Origin: Eledone cirrhosa
Lineage: Eukaryota
Length of the DNA: 64,000 bases
Assembly: GCA_964016885.1 (NCBI GenBank)
Contig: OZ024742.1
Location: forward strand, 4,216,001 to 4,280,000
Direction: 5' to 3'
The translations under genes and the position numbers were made by a program. Under the pieces are notes generated by a model that saw only the letters and a list, made by a program, of their open reading frames with translations, ran no database searches and was not told where the DNA came from. Positions 1 to 18,000 of the stretch are shown piece by piece. Each line of letters starts with the position of its first letter. The first letter of the stretch is position 1.

Positions 1-3000
1 AACCAGAAATTAGGCCATACACATAACATGGACTGACAGAACACTGGTCAAACCAGAAACTAGGCCATACACATAACATGGACTGACAGAACACTGGTCA
101 AAACAGAAACTACGCCATACCCATAACATGGACTGACAGAACACTGGTCAAACAAGAAACTACATCATACCCATAACATGGACTGACAGAACACTGGTCA
201 AACCAGAAACTACATCATGCACATAACATGGACTGACAGAACACTGGTCAAACCAGAAACTGGGCCATAACCATAACATGGACCTGACATAACACTGGTC
301 AAACCAGAAACTAGGCCATACCCATAACATAGACTGACAGAACACTGGTCAAACAAGAATCTACATCATACCCATAACATGGACTGACATAACACTGGTC
401 AAACCAGAAACTAGGCCATACCCATAACATGGACTGACAGAACACTGGTCAAACAAGAAACTACATCATACCCATAACATGGACTGACATAACACTGGTC
501 AAACCAGAAACTACGCCATACCCATAACATAGACTGACAGAACACTGGTCAAACAAGAAACTACATCATACCCATAACATGGACTGAAATAGCACTGGTC
601 AAACCAGAAACTACGTCATACCCATAACATGGACTGACAGAACACTGGTCAAACCAGAAACTACATCATACCCATAACATGGACTGACATGACACTGGTC
701 AAACCAGAAACTAAGCCATACCCATAACATGGACTTACATAACAATAGTTAAACCAGAAACTAGGACATACCCATAACATGGACTGACATAACACTGGTC
801 AAACTAGAAACTACATCATACCCATAACATGGACTGACATAACACTGGTCAAACCAGAAAATAAATCATACCCATAACATGGACTGACATAACACTGGTC
901 AAACCAGAAACTACGTCATACCCATAACATGGACTGACAGAACAATGGTCAAACCAGAAACTATATCATACCCCTAACATGGACTGACAGAACACTGGTC
1001 AAACCAGAAACTACGCCATACCCATAAAATAGACTGACAAAACACTGGTCAAACCAGAAACTAGGCCATACACATAACATGGACTGTCAGAACACTGGTT
1101 AAACCAGAAACTAGGCCATACACATAACATGGACTGACAGAACACTGGTCAAACCAGAAACTACGCCATACCCATAACATAGACTGTCAGAACACTGGTC
1201 AAACCAGAAACTACATCATACCCATAACATGGACTGACAGAGCACTGGTCATATCAGAAACTACATCATACCCATAACATGGACTGACATAACACTGGTC
1301 AAACCAGAAACTACGCCATAACCATAACATAGACTGTCAGAACACTGGTCAAACCAGAAACTACGTCATACCCATAACATGGACTGACATAACACTGGTC
1401 AAACCAGAAACTACATCATACCCATAACATGGACTGACATAACACTGGTCATACCAGAAACTACATCATACCCATAACATGGACTGACACAACCCTGGTC
1501 AAACCAGAAATTACATCATACCTATAACATGGACTGACAGAACACTGGTCAAACCAGAAACTACATCATACCCATAACATGGACTGACAGAACACTGGCC
1601 AAACTAGAAACTACATCATACCCATAACATAGACTGACATAACGCTGGTCAAACCAGAAACTAGGCCATACACATATCATGGACTGACAGAACACTGGTC
1701 AAACCAGAAACGACATCATACCCATAACATGTACTGACAGAACACTGGTCAAACCAGAAACTACATCATACCCATAACATGGACTGACAGAACACTGGTC
1801 AAACCAGAAACTACATCATACCCATAACATGGACTGACAGAACACTGTTCAAACCAGAAACTACATCATACCCATAACATGGGCTGACAGAACACTGGTC
1901 AAACCAGAAATTAGGCCATACACATAACATGGACTGACAGAACACTGGTCAAACCAGAAACTAGGCCATACACATAACATGGACTGACAGAACACTGGTC
2001 AAAACAGAAACTACGCCATACCCATAACATGGACTGACAGAACACTGGTCAAACAAGAAACTACATCATACCCATAACATGGACTGACAGAACACTGGTC
2101 AAACCAGAAACTACATCATGCCCATAACATGGACTGACAGAACACTGGTCAAACCAGAAACTAGGCCATACCCATAACATGGACTTGACATAACACTGGT
2201 CAAACCAGAAACTAGGCCATACCCATAACATAGACTGACAGAACACTGGTCAAACAAGAATCTACATCATACCCATAACATGGACTGACATAACACTGGT
2301 CAAACCAGAAACTAGGCCATACCCATATCATGGACTGACAGAACACTGGTCAAACAAGAAACTACGTCATACCCATAACATGGACTGACATAACACTGGT
2401 CAAACCAGAAACTACATCATACCCAGAACATGGACTGACATAACACAGGTCAAACCAGAAACTATATCATACCCCTAACATGGACTGATAGAACATTGGT
2501 CAAACAAGAAATTACATCATACCCATAACATGGACTGACAGAACACTGGTCAAACCAGAAACTACGTCATACCCATAACAAGGACTGACATAACACTGGA
2601 CAAAACAGAAACTACATCATACCCATAACATGGACTGACATAACACTGGCAAAACCAGAAACTACATCATACCCCTAACATGGACTGACAGAACACCGGT
2701 CAAACCAGAAACTACGCCATACCCATAAAATAGACTGACAAAACACTGGTCAAACCAGAAATTAGGCCATACACATAACATGGACTGACAGAATACTGGT
2801 CAAACCTGAAACTAGGCCATACACATATCATGGACTGACAGAACACTGGTCAAAACAGAAACTACGCCATACCCATAACATGGACTGACAGAACACTGGT
2901 CAAACAAGAAACTACATCATACCCATAACATGGACTGACAGAACACTGGTCAAACCAGAAACTACATCATGCCCATAACATGGACTGACAGAACACTGGT

Positions 3001-6000
3001 CAAACCAGAAACTAGGCCATACCCATAACATGGACCTGACATAACACTGGTCATACCAGAAACTAGGCCATACCCATAACATAGACTGACAGAACACTGG
3101 TCAAACAAGAATCTACATCATACCCATAACATGGACTGACATAACACTGGTCAAACCAGAAACTAGGCCATACCCATAACATGGACTGACAGAACACTGG
3201 TCAAACAAGAAACTACATCATACCCATAACATGGACTGACATAACACTGGTCAAACCAGAAACTACGCCATACCCATAACATAGACTGACAGAACACTGG
3301 TCAAACAAGAAACTACATCATACCCATAACATGGACTGAAATAGCACTGGTCAAACCAGAAACTACGTCATACCCATAACATGGACTGACATAACACTGG
3401 TCAAACCAGAAACTAAGCCATACCCATAACATGGACTGACATAACACTAGTTAAACCAGAAACTAGGACATACCCATAACATGGACTGACATAACACTGG
3501 TCAAACTAGAAACTACATCATACCCATAACATGAACTGACATAACACTGGTCAAACCTGAAAATAAATCATACCCATAACATGGACTGACATAACACTGG
3601 TCAAACAAGAAACTACGTCATACCCATAACATGGACTGACAGAACAATGGTAAAACCAGAAACTATATCATACCCCTAACATGGACTGACAGAACAATGG
3701 TCAAACCAGAAACTACGCCATACCCATAAAATAGACTGACAAAACACTGGTCAAACCAGAAACTAGGCCATACACATAACATGGACTGTCAGAACACTGG
3801 TCAAACCAGAAACTAGGCCATACACATAACATGGACTGACAGAACACTGGTCAAACCAGAAACTACGCCATACCCATAACATAGACTGTCAGAACACTGG
3901 TCAAACCAGAAACTACATCATACCCATAACATAGACTGACAGAACACTGGTCAAACCAGAAACTAGGCCAGACACATAACATGGACTGACAGAACACTGG
4001 TCAAACCAGAAACTAGGCCATACCTATAACATAGCCTGACAAAAAACTGGTCGAACCAGAAACTATGCCATACCCATAACATAGACTGACATAAAACTGG
4101 TCAAACCAGAAACTACATCATACCCATAACATGGACTGACAGAGCACTGGTCATATCAGAAACTACATCATACCCATAACATGGACTGACAGAACACTGG
4201 TCAAACCAGAAACTACCTGATACCCATAACATGGACTGACATAACACTGGTCAAACCAGAAACTACGCCATAACCATAACATAGACTGTCAGAACACTGG
4301 TCAAACCAGAAACTACGTCATACCCATAACATGGACTGACATAACACCGGTCAAACCAGAGACTACATCATACCCATAACATGGACTGACATAACACAGG
4401 TCAAACCAGAAACTACGTCATACCCATAACATGGACTGACATAACACTGGTCAAACCAGAAACTACATCATACCCAGAACATGGACTGACATAACACTGG
4501 TCAAACCAGAAACTATATCATACCCCTAACATGGACTGATAGAACATTGGTCAAACAAGAAATTACATCATACCCATAACATGGACTGACAGAACACTGG
4601 TCAAACCAGAAACTACGCCATACCCATAACATGGAGTGACATAACACTGGTCAAACCAGAAACTACGTCATACCCATAACAAGGACTGACATAACACTGG
4701 ACAAAACAGAAACTACATCATACCCATAACATGGACTGACATAACACTGGTCAAACCAGAAACTACATCATACCCCTAACATGGACTGACAGAACACTGG
4801 TCAAACCAGAAACTACGCAATACCCATAAAATAGACTGACAAAACACTGGTCAAACCAGAAATTAGGCCATACACATAACATGGACTGACAGAACACTGG
4901 TCAAACCAGAAACTAGGCCATACACATAACATGGACTGACAGAACACTGGTCAAAACAGAAACTACGCCATACCCATAACATGGACTGACAGAACACTGG
5001 TCAAACAAGAAACTACATCATACCCATAACATGGACTGACAGAACACTGGTCAAACCAGAAACTACATCATGCCCATAACATGGACTGACAGAACACTGG
5101 TCAAACCAGAAACTAGGCCATACCCATAACATGGACCTGACATAACACTGGTCAAACCAGAAACTAGGCCATACCCATAACATAGACTGACAGAACACTG
5201 GTCAAACAAGAATCTACATCATACCCATAACATGGACTGACATAACACTGGTCAAACCAGAAACTAGGCCATACCCATATCATGGACTGACAGAACACTG
5301 GTCAAACAAGAAACTACGTCATACCCATAACATGGACTGACATAACACTGGTCAAACCAGAAACTACATCATACCCAGAACATGGACTGACATAACACAG
5401 GTCAAACCAGAAACTATATCATACCCCTAACATGGACTGATAGAACATTGGTCAAACAAGAAATTACATCATACCCATAACATGGACTGACAGAACACTG
5501 GTTAAACCAGAAACTACGGCATACCCATAACATGGAGTGACATAACACTGGTCAAACCAGAAACTACGTCATACCCATAACAAGGACTGACATAACACTG
5601 GACAAAACAGAAACTACATCATACCCATAACATGGACTGACATAACACTGGCAAAACCAGAAACTACATCATACCCCTAACATGGACTGACAGAACACCG
5701 GTCAAACCAGAAACTACGCCATAACCATAACATAGACTGTCAGAACACTGGTCAAACCAGAAACTACGTCATACACATAACATGGACTGACATAACACTG
5801 GTCAAACCAGAAACTATATCATACCCATAACATGGACTAACATAACACTGGTCAAACTAGAAACTACATCATACCCATAACATAGACTGACATAACGCTG
5901 GTCAAACCAGAAACTAGGCCATACCCATAACATGGACTGACAGAACACTGGTCAAACCAGAAACGACATCATACCCATAACATGTACTGACAGAACACAG

Positions 6001-9000
6001 GTCAAACCAGAAACTACATCATACCCATAACATGGACTGACAGAACACTGGTCAAACCAGAAACTACATCATACCCATAACATGGACTGACAGAACACTG
6101 GTCAAACCAGAAATTACATCATACCCATAACATGGACTGACAGAACACTGGTCAAACCAGAAACTACATCATACCCATAGCATAGACTGGCAGAACACTG
6201 GTCAAAACAGAAACTAAATCATACCCATAACATGGACTGACATAACACTGGTCAAACTAGAAACTACATCATACCCATAACATGGACTGACATAACACTG
6301 GTCAAACCAGAAAATACATCATACCCATAACATGGACTGACATAACACTGGTCAAACCAGAAACTGCGTCATACCCATAACATGGACTGACAGAACAATG
6401 GTCAAACCAGAAACTACATCATACCCCTAACATGGACTGACAGAACACTGGTCAAACCAGAAACTACGACATACCCATAAAATAGACTGACAAAACACTG
6501 GCCAAACTAGAAACTACATCATACCCATAACATAGACTGACATAACGCTGGTCAAACCAGAAACTAGGCCATACCCATAACATGGACTGACAGAACACTG
6601 GTCAAACCAGAAACGACATCATACCCATAACATGTACTGACAGAACACAGGTCAAACCAGAAACTACATCATACCCATAACATGGACTGACAGAACACTG
6701 GTCAAACCAGAAACTACATCATACCCATAACATGGACTGACAGAACACTGGTCAAACCAGAAACTACATCATACCCATAACATGGACGGACAGAACATTG
6801 GTCAAACCAGAAACTACGCCATACCCATAACATAGACTGTCAGAACACTGGTCAAACCAGAAACTACATCATACCCATAACATAGACTGGCAGAACACAG
6901 GTCAAAACAGAAACTAAATCATACCCATAACATGGACTGACATAACACTGGTCAAACTAGAAACTACATCATACCCATAACATGGACTGACATAACACTG
7001 GTCAAACCAGAAAATACATCATACCCATAACATGGACTGACATAACACTGGTCAAACCAGAAACTGCGTCATACCCATAACATGGACTGACAGAACAATG
7101 GTCAAACCAGAAACTACATCATACCCCTAACATGGACTGACAGAACACTGGTCAAACCAGAAACTACGACATACCCATAAAATAGACTGACAAAACACTG
7201 GTCAAACCAGAGACTAGGCCATACACATAACATGGACTGACAGAACACCGATCAAACCAGAAACTACATCATACCCCTACCATGGACTGACAGAACACTG
7301 GTCAAACCAGAAACTACGCCATACCCATAACATGGACTGACATAACACTGGTCAAACCAGAAACTACATCATACCCATAACACGGACTGACATAACACTG
7401 GTCAAACCAGAAACTACATCATACCCATAACATGGACTGACATAACACTGGTCAAACAAGAAACTACATCGTACCCATAACATGGACTGTCAGAACACTG
7501 GTCAAACCAGAAACTACATCATACCCATAACATGGACTGACAGAACACTGGTCAAACCAGAAACTACCTGATACCCATAACATGGACTGACATAACACTG
7601 GTCAAACAAGAAATTACATCATACACATAACATGGACTGACAGAACACTGGTCAAACCAGAAACTACGCCATACCCATAACATGGACTGACATAACACTG
7701 GTCAAACAAGAAATTACATCATACCCATAACATGAACTGACAGAACACTGGTCAAACCAGAAACTACATCATACCCAGAACATAGACTGACAGAACACTG
7801 GTCAAAACAGAAACAAAATCATACCCATAACATAGACTGACATAACACTGGTCAAACAAGAAATTACATCATACCCATAACATAGACTGACAGAACACTG
7901 GTCAAACAAGAAACTACATCATACCCATAACATAGACTGACATAACACTGGTCAAAACAGAAACTACATCATACCCATAACATGGACTGACATAACACTG
8001 GTCAAACCAGAAACTACGCCATACCCATAACATGGAATGACATAACACTGGTCAAACCAGAAACTACATCATACCCATAACATGGACTGACAGAACACTG
8101 GTCAAACCAGAAACTACATCATACCCATAACATGGACTGGCAGAACACTGGTCAAACCAGAAACTACGCCATACCCATAACATGGACTGACATAACACTG
8201 GTCAAACAAGAAATTACATCATACCCATAACATGAACTGACAGAACACTGGTCATACCAGAAATTACATCATACCCATAACATAGACTCACAGAACACTG
8301 GTCAAAACAGAAAAAATTCATACCCATAACATGGACTGACATAACACTGGTCAAACAAGAAATTACATCATACCCATAACATAGACTGACAGAACACTGG
8401 TCAAACAAGAAACTACATCATACCCATAACATGGACTGACAAAATACTGGTCAAACCAGAAACTACATCATTCCCCATAACATGGTCTGACATAACACTG
8501 GTCAAACAAGAAATTACATCATACACATAACATGCACTGACATAGCACTGGTCAAACCAGAAATTACATTATACCCATAACATGGACTGACATAACACTG
8601 ATCAAACTAGAAACTACATCATACCCATAACATGGACTGACAGAACAGTGGTCAAACAAGAAACTACATCATACCCATAACATGGACTTATATAACACTG
8701 GTCAAACCAGAAACTACATCATACCCATAACATAGACTGTCAGAACACTGGTCAAACCAGAAACTACATCATACCCATAACATAGACTGACAGAACACTG
8801 GTCAAACCAGAAACTAAATCATATCCATAACATGGACTGACATAACACTGGTCAATCTAGAAACTACACCATACCCATAACATGGACTGACATAACACTG
8901 GTCAAACCAGAAAATACGCCATACCCATAACATAGACTGTCAGAACACTGGTCAAACCAGAAACTACGCCATACCCATAACATGGACTGACATAACACTG

Positions 9001-12000
9001 GTCAAACCATAAAATACATCATACCCATAACATGGACTGACAGAACACTAGACAAACCAGAAACTACGTCATACCCATAACATGGACTGACATAACACTA
9101 GTCAAACCAGAAACTACATTATACCCATAACATGGACTGACATAACACTGGTCAAACCAGAAACTACATCATACCCATAACATGAACTGACATAACCCTG
9201 GTCATACCAGAAACTACATCATACCCATAACATGGACTGACAGAACACTGGTCAAACCAGAAACTACATCATACTCATAACATGGACTGACAGAACACTG
9301 GCCAAACCAGAAACTACATCATACCCATAACATGGTCTGACATAACACTGGTCAAAGAAGAAATTACATCATACACATAACATGGACTGACAGAACACTT
9401 GTCAAACCAGAAACTACATCATACCCATAACATGGACTGACATAACACTGGTCAAACCATAAACTACATCATACCCATAACATGGACTGACATAACACTG
9501 GTCAAACCAGAAACTAGGCCAGACACATAACATGGACTGACAGAACACTGGTCAAACCAGAAACTAGGCCATACCTATAACATAGCCTGACAAAACACTG
9601 GTCAAACCAGAAACTATGCCATACCCATAACATGGACTGACAGAACACTGGTCATATCAGAAACTACATCATACCCATAACATGGACTGATAGAACACTG
9701 GTCAAACCAGAAACTACCTGATACCCATAACATGGATTGACATAACACTGGTCAAACCAGAAACTACGCCATACCCATAACATAGACTGTCAGAACACTG
9801 GTCAAACCAGAAACTACGTCATACCCATAACATGGACTGACATAACCCTGGTCAAATCAGAAACTACATCATACCCATAACATGGACTGACAGAACACTG
9901 GTCAAACCAGAAACTGCGTCATACCCATAACATGGACTGACAGAACACTGGTCAAACCAGAAACTACGCCATACCCATAAAATATACTGACAAAACACTG
10001 GTCAAACCAGAAACTACCTGATACACATAACATGGACGGACAGAACACTGGTCAAACGAGAAACTAGGCCATACCTATAACACGGACTGACAGAACACTG
10101 GCCAAACCAGAAACGACGCCATACCCATAACATAGACTGTCAGAACAGAAACTACATCATACCCATAACATGGACTGACATAACACTGGTCAAACCAGAA
10201 AATACGCCATACCCATAACATGGACTGACAGAACACTGGTCAAACCAGAAACTACATCATACTCATAACATGGACTGACAGAACACTGGCCAAACCAGAA
10301 ACTACATCATACCCATAACATGGTCTGACATAACACTGGTCAAACAAGAAATTATATCATACACATAACATGGACTGACAGAACACTGGTCAAACCAGAA
10401 ACTACATCATACCCATAACATGGACTGACATAACACTGGTCAAACCAGAAACTACATCATACCCATAACATGGACTGGCAGAACACTGGTCAAACCAGAA
10501 ACTACGCCATACCCATAACATGGACTGACATAACACTGGTCAAACAAGAAATTACATCATACCCATAACATGAACTGACAGAACACTGGTCAAACCAGAA
10601 ACTACATCATACCCATAACATGGACTGACATAACACTGGTCAAACCAGAAAATACGCCATACCCATAACATAGACTGTCAGAACACTGGTCAAACCAGAA
10701 ACTACATCATACCCATAACATAGACTGACAGAACACTGGTCAAACCAGAAACTAGGCCAGACACATAACATGGACTGACAGAACACTGGTCAAACCAGAA
10801 ACTAGGCCATACCTATAACATAGCCTGACAAAACACTGGTCAAACCAGAAACTATGCCATACCCATAACATGGACTGACAGAACACTGGTCATATCAGAA
10901 ACTACATCATACCCATAACATGGACTGACAGAACACTGGTCAAACCAGAAACTACCTGATACCCATAACATGGACTGACATAACACTGGTCAAACCAGAA
11001 ACTACGCCATACCCATAACATAGACTGTCAGAACACTGGTCAAACCAGAAACTACGTCATACCCATAACATGGACTGACATAACCCTGGTCAAACCAGAA
11101 ACTACATTATACCCATAACATGGACTGACAGAACACTGGTCAAACCAGAAACTACGCCATACCCATAACATGGACTGACAGAACACTGGTCAAACCAGAA
11201 ACTACGCCATACCCACAAAATATACTGACAAAACACTGGTCAAACCAGAAACTACCTGATACACATAACATGGACTGACAGAACACTGGTCAAACGAGAA
11301 ACTAGGCCATACCCATAACATAGACTGTCAGAACAGAAACTACATCATACCCATAACATGGACTGACATGACACTGGTCAAACCAGAAAATACACCATAC
11401 CCATAACATAGACTGTCAGAACACTGGTCAAACCAGAAACTACATCATACCCATAACATAGACTGACAGAACACTGGTCAAACCAGAAACTAGGCCATAC
11501 CTATAACGTAGCCTGACAAAACACTGGTCAAACCAGAAACTAGATCATACCCATAACATGGACTGACAGAACACTGGTCATATCAGAAACTACATCATAC
11601 CCATAACATGGACTGACAGAACACTAGACAAACCAGAAACTACGTCATACCCATAACATGGAATGACATAACACTGGTCAAACAAGAAACTACATCATAC
11701 CCATAACATGGACTGACATAACACTGGTCAAACCAGAAACTACATCATACCCATAACATGGACTGACATAACCCTGGTCAAACCAGAAACTACATCATAC
11801 CCATAACATGGACTGACAGAACACTGGTCAAACCAGAAACTACATCATACCCATAACATGGACTGACATAACACTGGTCAAACCAGAAACTACATCATGC
11901 CCATAACATGGACTGACAGAACACTGGCCAAACAAGAAACTACATCATACCCATAACATGGTCTGACATAACAGTGGTCAAACAAGAAATTACATCATAC

Positions 12001-15000
12001 ACATAACATGGACTGACAGAACACTGGTCAAACCAGAAACTACATCATACCCATAACATGGACTGACATAACACCGATCAAACCAGAAACTATATCATAA
12101 CCATAACATGGACTGGCAGAACACTGGTCAAACCTGAAACTACGCCATACCCATAACATGGACTGTCAGAACACTGGTCAAACCAGAAACTACATCATAC
12201 CCATAACATGGACTGACAAAACACTGGTCAAACCAGAAACTACCTGATACCCATAACATGGACTGACATAACACTGGTCAAACCAGAAACTACGCCATAC
12301 CCATAACATAGACTGTCAGAACACTGGTCGAACCAGAAACTACATCATACCCATAACATAGACTGAGAGAACACTGGTCAAACCACAAACTACGCCACAC
12401 CCATAACATGGACTGTCAGAACACTGGTCAAACCAGAAACTACATCATACCCATAACATGGACTGACAAAACACTGGTCAAACCAGAAACTACCTGATAC
12501 CCATAACATGGACTGACATAACACTGGTCAAACCAGAAACTACGCCATACCCATAACATGGAGTGACATAACACTGGTCAAACCAGAAACTACGCCATAC
12601 CCATAACATGGAGTGACATAACACTGGTCAAACCAGAAACTACATCATACCCATAACATGGACTGACAGAACACTAGACAAACCAGAAACTACGTCATAC
12701 CCATAACATGGACTGACATAACACTGGTCAAACCAGAAACTACATCATACCCATAACATGGACTGACATAACACTGGTCAAACCAGAAACTACATCATAC
12801 CCATAACATGGACTGGCAGAACACTGGTCAAACCTGAAACTACGCCATACCCATAACATGGACTGTCAGAACACTGGTCAAACCAGAAACTACATCATAC
12901 CCATAACATGGACTGACAAAACACTGGTCAAACCAGAAACTACCTGATACCCATAACATGGACTGACATAACACTGGTCAAACCAGAAACTACGCCATAC
13001 CCATAACATAGACTGTCAGAACACTGGTCAAACCAGAAACTACATCATACCCATAACATAGACTGACAGAACACTGGTCAAACCACAAACTACGCCACAC
13101 CCATAACATGGACTGTCAGAACACTGGTCAAACCAGAAACTACATCATACCCATAACATGGACTGACAAAACACTGGTCAAACCAGAAACTACCTGATAC
13201 CCATAACATGGACTGACATAACACTGGTCAAACCAGAAACTACGCCATACCCATAACATGGAGTGACATAACACTGGTCAAACCAGAAACTACGCCATAC
13301 CCATAACATGGAGTGACATAACACTGGTCAAACCAGAAAATACATCATACCCATAACATGGACTGACAGAACACTAGACAAACCAGAAACTACGTCATAC
13401 CCATAACATGGACTGACATAACACTGGTCAAACCAGAAACTACATCATACCCATAACATGGACTGACATAACACTGGTCAAACCAGAAACTACATCATAC
13501 CCATAACATGGACTGACATAACGCTGGTCATACCGGAAAGTACATCATACACATAACATGGACTGACAGAACACTGGTCAAACCAGAAACTACATCATAC
13601 CCATAACATGGACTGACATAACACTGGTCAAACCAGAAACTACATCATACCCATAACATGGACTTGCAGAACACTGGTCAAACCAGAAACTACGCCATAC
13701 CCATAACATAGACTGTCAGAACACTGGTCAAACTAGAAACTACATCATACCCATAACATGGACTGACAGAACACTGGTCAAACCAGAAACTACCTGATAC
13801 CCATAACATGGACTGACATAACACTGGTCAAACCAGAAACTACGCCATACCCATAACATAGACTGTCAGAACACTGGTCAAACCAGAAACTACATCATAC
13901 CCATAACATGGACTGACATAACACTGGTCAAACAAGAAATTACATCATACCCATGACATGAACTGACAGAACACTGGTCAAACCAGAAACTACATCATAC
14001 CCATAACATAGACTGACAGTACACTGGTCAAAACAGAAACTAAATCATACCCATAACATGGACTGACATAACACTGGTCAAACAAGAAATTACATCATAC
14101 CCATAACATAGACTGACAGAACACTGGTCAAACAAGAAACTACATCATACCCATAACATGGACTGACAAAACACTGGTCAAACCAGAAGCTACATCATAC
14201 CCATAACATGGTCTGACATAACACTGGTCAAACAAGAAATTACATCATACACATAACATGGACTGACATAGCACTGGTCAAACCAGAAATTACATCATAC
14301 CCATAACATAGACTGACATAACACTGATCAAACCAGAAACTACATCATACCCATAACATAGACTGTCAGAACACTGGTCAAGCAAGAAACTACATCATAC
14401 CCATAACATGGACTTATATAACACTGGTCAAACCAGAAACTACATCATACCCATAACATAGACTGTCAGAACACTGGTCAAACCAGAAACTACATCATAC
14501 CCATAACATAGACTGACAGAACACTGGTCAAACCAGAAACTACATGATACCCATAACATGGAGTGACATAACACTGGTCAAACCAGAAAATACGCCATAC
14601 CCATAACATAGACTGTCAGAACACTGGTCAAACCAGAAACTACATCATACCCATAACATAGACTGACAGAACACTGGTCAAACCAGAAACTAGGCCAGAC
14701 ACATAACACGGACTGACAGAACATTGGTCAAACCAGAAACTAGGCCATACCTATAACATAGCCTGACAAAACACTGGTCAAACCAGAAACTATGCCATAC
14801 CCATAACATGGACTGACAGAACACTGGTCACATCAGAAACTACATCATACCCATAACATGGACTGACAGAACACTGGTCAAACAAGAAATTACATCATAC
14901 CCATAACATGGAGTGACATAACACTGGTCAAACCAGAAACTACGCCATACCCATAACATAGACTGTCAGAACACTGGTCAAACCAGAAACTACGTCATAC

Positions 15001-18000
15001 CCATAACATGGACTGACATAACACTGGTCAAACCAGAAACTACATCATACCCATAACATGGACTGACATAACCCTGGTCAAACCAGAAACTACATCATAC
15101 CCATAACATGGACTGACAGAACACTGGTCAAACCAGAAACTACATCATACCCATAACATGGACTGACAGAACACTGGCCAAACCAGAAACTACATCATAC
15201 CCATAACATAGACTGACATAACGCTGGTCAAACCAGAAACAAGGCCATACCGATAACATGGACTGACAGAACACTGGTCAAACCAGAAACAACATCATAC
15301 CCATAATATGTATTGACAGAACACTGGTCAAACCAGAAACTACATCATACCCATAACAAGGACTGACATAACACTGGTCAAACCAGAAAATACCTCATAC
15401 CCATTACATGGACTGACATAACACTGGTCAAACCAGAAACTGCGTCATACCCATAACATGGACTGACAGAACAATGGTCAAACCAGAAACTACATCATAC
15501 CCCTAACATGGACTGACAGAACACTGGTCAAACCAGAAACTATGCCATACCCATAAAATAGACTGACAAAACACTGGTCAAACCAGAAACTAGGCCATAC
15601 ACATAACATGGACTGACAGAACACTGGTCAAACCAGAAACTAGGCCATACCTATAACATAGACTGACAGAACACTGGTCATACCAGAAACTAGGCCATAC
15701 ACGTAACATAGACTGTCAGAACACTGGTCAAACCAGAAACTTCATCATACCCATAACATGGACTGGCAGAACACTGGTCAAACCAGAAACTACGCCATAC
15801 CCATAACATAGACTGTCAGAACACTGGTCAAACTAGAAACTACATCATACCCATAACACGGACTGTCAGAACACTGGTCAAACCAGAAACTACCTGATAC
15901 CCATAACATGGACTGACATAACACTGGTCAAACCAGAAACTACGCCATACCCATAACATAGACTGTCAGAACACTGGTCAAACCAGAAACTACATCATAC
16001 CCATAACATGGACTGACATAACACTGGTCAAACAAGAAATTACATCATACCCATAACATGAACTGACAGAACACTGGTCAAACCAGAAACTACATCATAC
16101 CCATAACATACACTGACAGAACACTGGTCAAACAAGAAACTACATCATACCCATAACATGGACTGACAAAACACTGGTCAAACCAGAAACTACATCATTC
16201 CCATAACATGGTCTGACATAACACTGGTCAAACAAGAAATTACATCATACCCATAACATGAACTGACATAACACTGGTAAAACCAGAAACTACATCATAC
16301 CCATAACATGGACTGACAGAACACTGGTCAAACCAGAAACTACATCATACCCATAACAAAGACTGTCAGAACACTGGTCAAACAAGAAATTACATCATAC
16401 CCATAACATGGACTGACATAACACTGGTCAAACCAGAAACTACATCATACCCATAACATGGACTGACATAACACTGGTCAAACCAGAAACTAGGTCATAC
16501 CCATAACATAGACTGACAGAACACTGGTCAAACCAGAAACTACATCATACCCATAACATGGACTGACAGAACACTGGTCAAACCAGAAACTACATCATAC
16601 CTATAACATGGACTGACAGACCACTGGTCAAACCAGAAACTACATCATACCCATAACATAGACTGACAGAACACTGGTCAAACCAGAAACTACATCATAC
16701 CCATAACATGGACTGACAGAACACTGGTCAAACCAGAAACTACATCATACCCATAACATGGACTGACATAATACTGGTCAAACAAGAAATTACATCATAC
16801 CCATAACATGGACTGACAGAACACTGGTCAAACAAGAAACTACATCATACCCATAACATGGACTGACAAAACACTGGTCAAGCCAAAAAGTACATCATAC
16901 CCATAACATGGACTGACCTAACACTGGTCGAACAAGAAATTACATCATACCCATAACATGGACTGACAGAACACTGGTCAAACAAGAAATTACATCATAC
17001 CTATAACATAGACTGACAAAACACTGGTCAAACCAAAAAGTACATCATACCCATAACATGGACTGACATAACACTGGTCAAACAAGAAATTACATCATAC
17101 CCATAACATGGACTGACATAACACTGGTCAAACAAGAAACTACATCATACCCATAACATGGACTGGCAGAACACTGGTCAAACCAGAAACTACGCCATAC
17201 CCATAACATAGACTGTCAGAACACTGGTCAAACTAGAAACTACATCATACCCATAACATGGACTGTCAGAACACTGGTCAAACCAGAAACTACCTGATAC
17301 CCATAACATGGAGTGACATAACACTGGTCAAACCAGAAACTACGCCATACCCATAACATAGACTGTCAGAACACTGTTTAAACCAGAAACTACATCATAC
17401 CCATAACATGGACTGACATAACACTGGTCAAACAAGAAATTACATCATACCCATAACATGGACTGACATAACACTGGTCAAACAAGAAACTACATCATAC
17501 CCATAACATGGACTGACAGAACACTGGTCAAACCAGAAACTACATCATACCCCTAACATGGACTGACAGAACACTGGTCAAACAAGAAATTACATCATAC
17601 CCCTAACATGGACTGACAGAACACTAGTCAAACCAGAAACTACATCATACCCATAATATAGATTGACAGAACACTGGTCAAACCAGAAACTAGTCCATAC
17701 CCATAACATGGACCTGACAGAACACTGGTCAAACCAGAAACTAGGCCATACCCATAACATAGACTGACAGAACACTGGTCAAACAAGAAACTACATCATA
17801 CCCATAACATGGACTGACATAACACTGGTCAAACCAGAAACTAGGTCATACCCATAACATAGACTGACAGAACACTGGTCAAACCAGAAACTACATCATA
17901 CCCATAACATGGACTGACAGAACACTGGTCAAACCAGAAACTACATCATACCTATAACATGGACTGACAGAACACTGGTCAAACCAGAAACTACATCATA

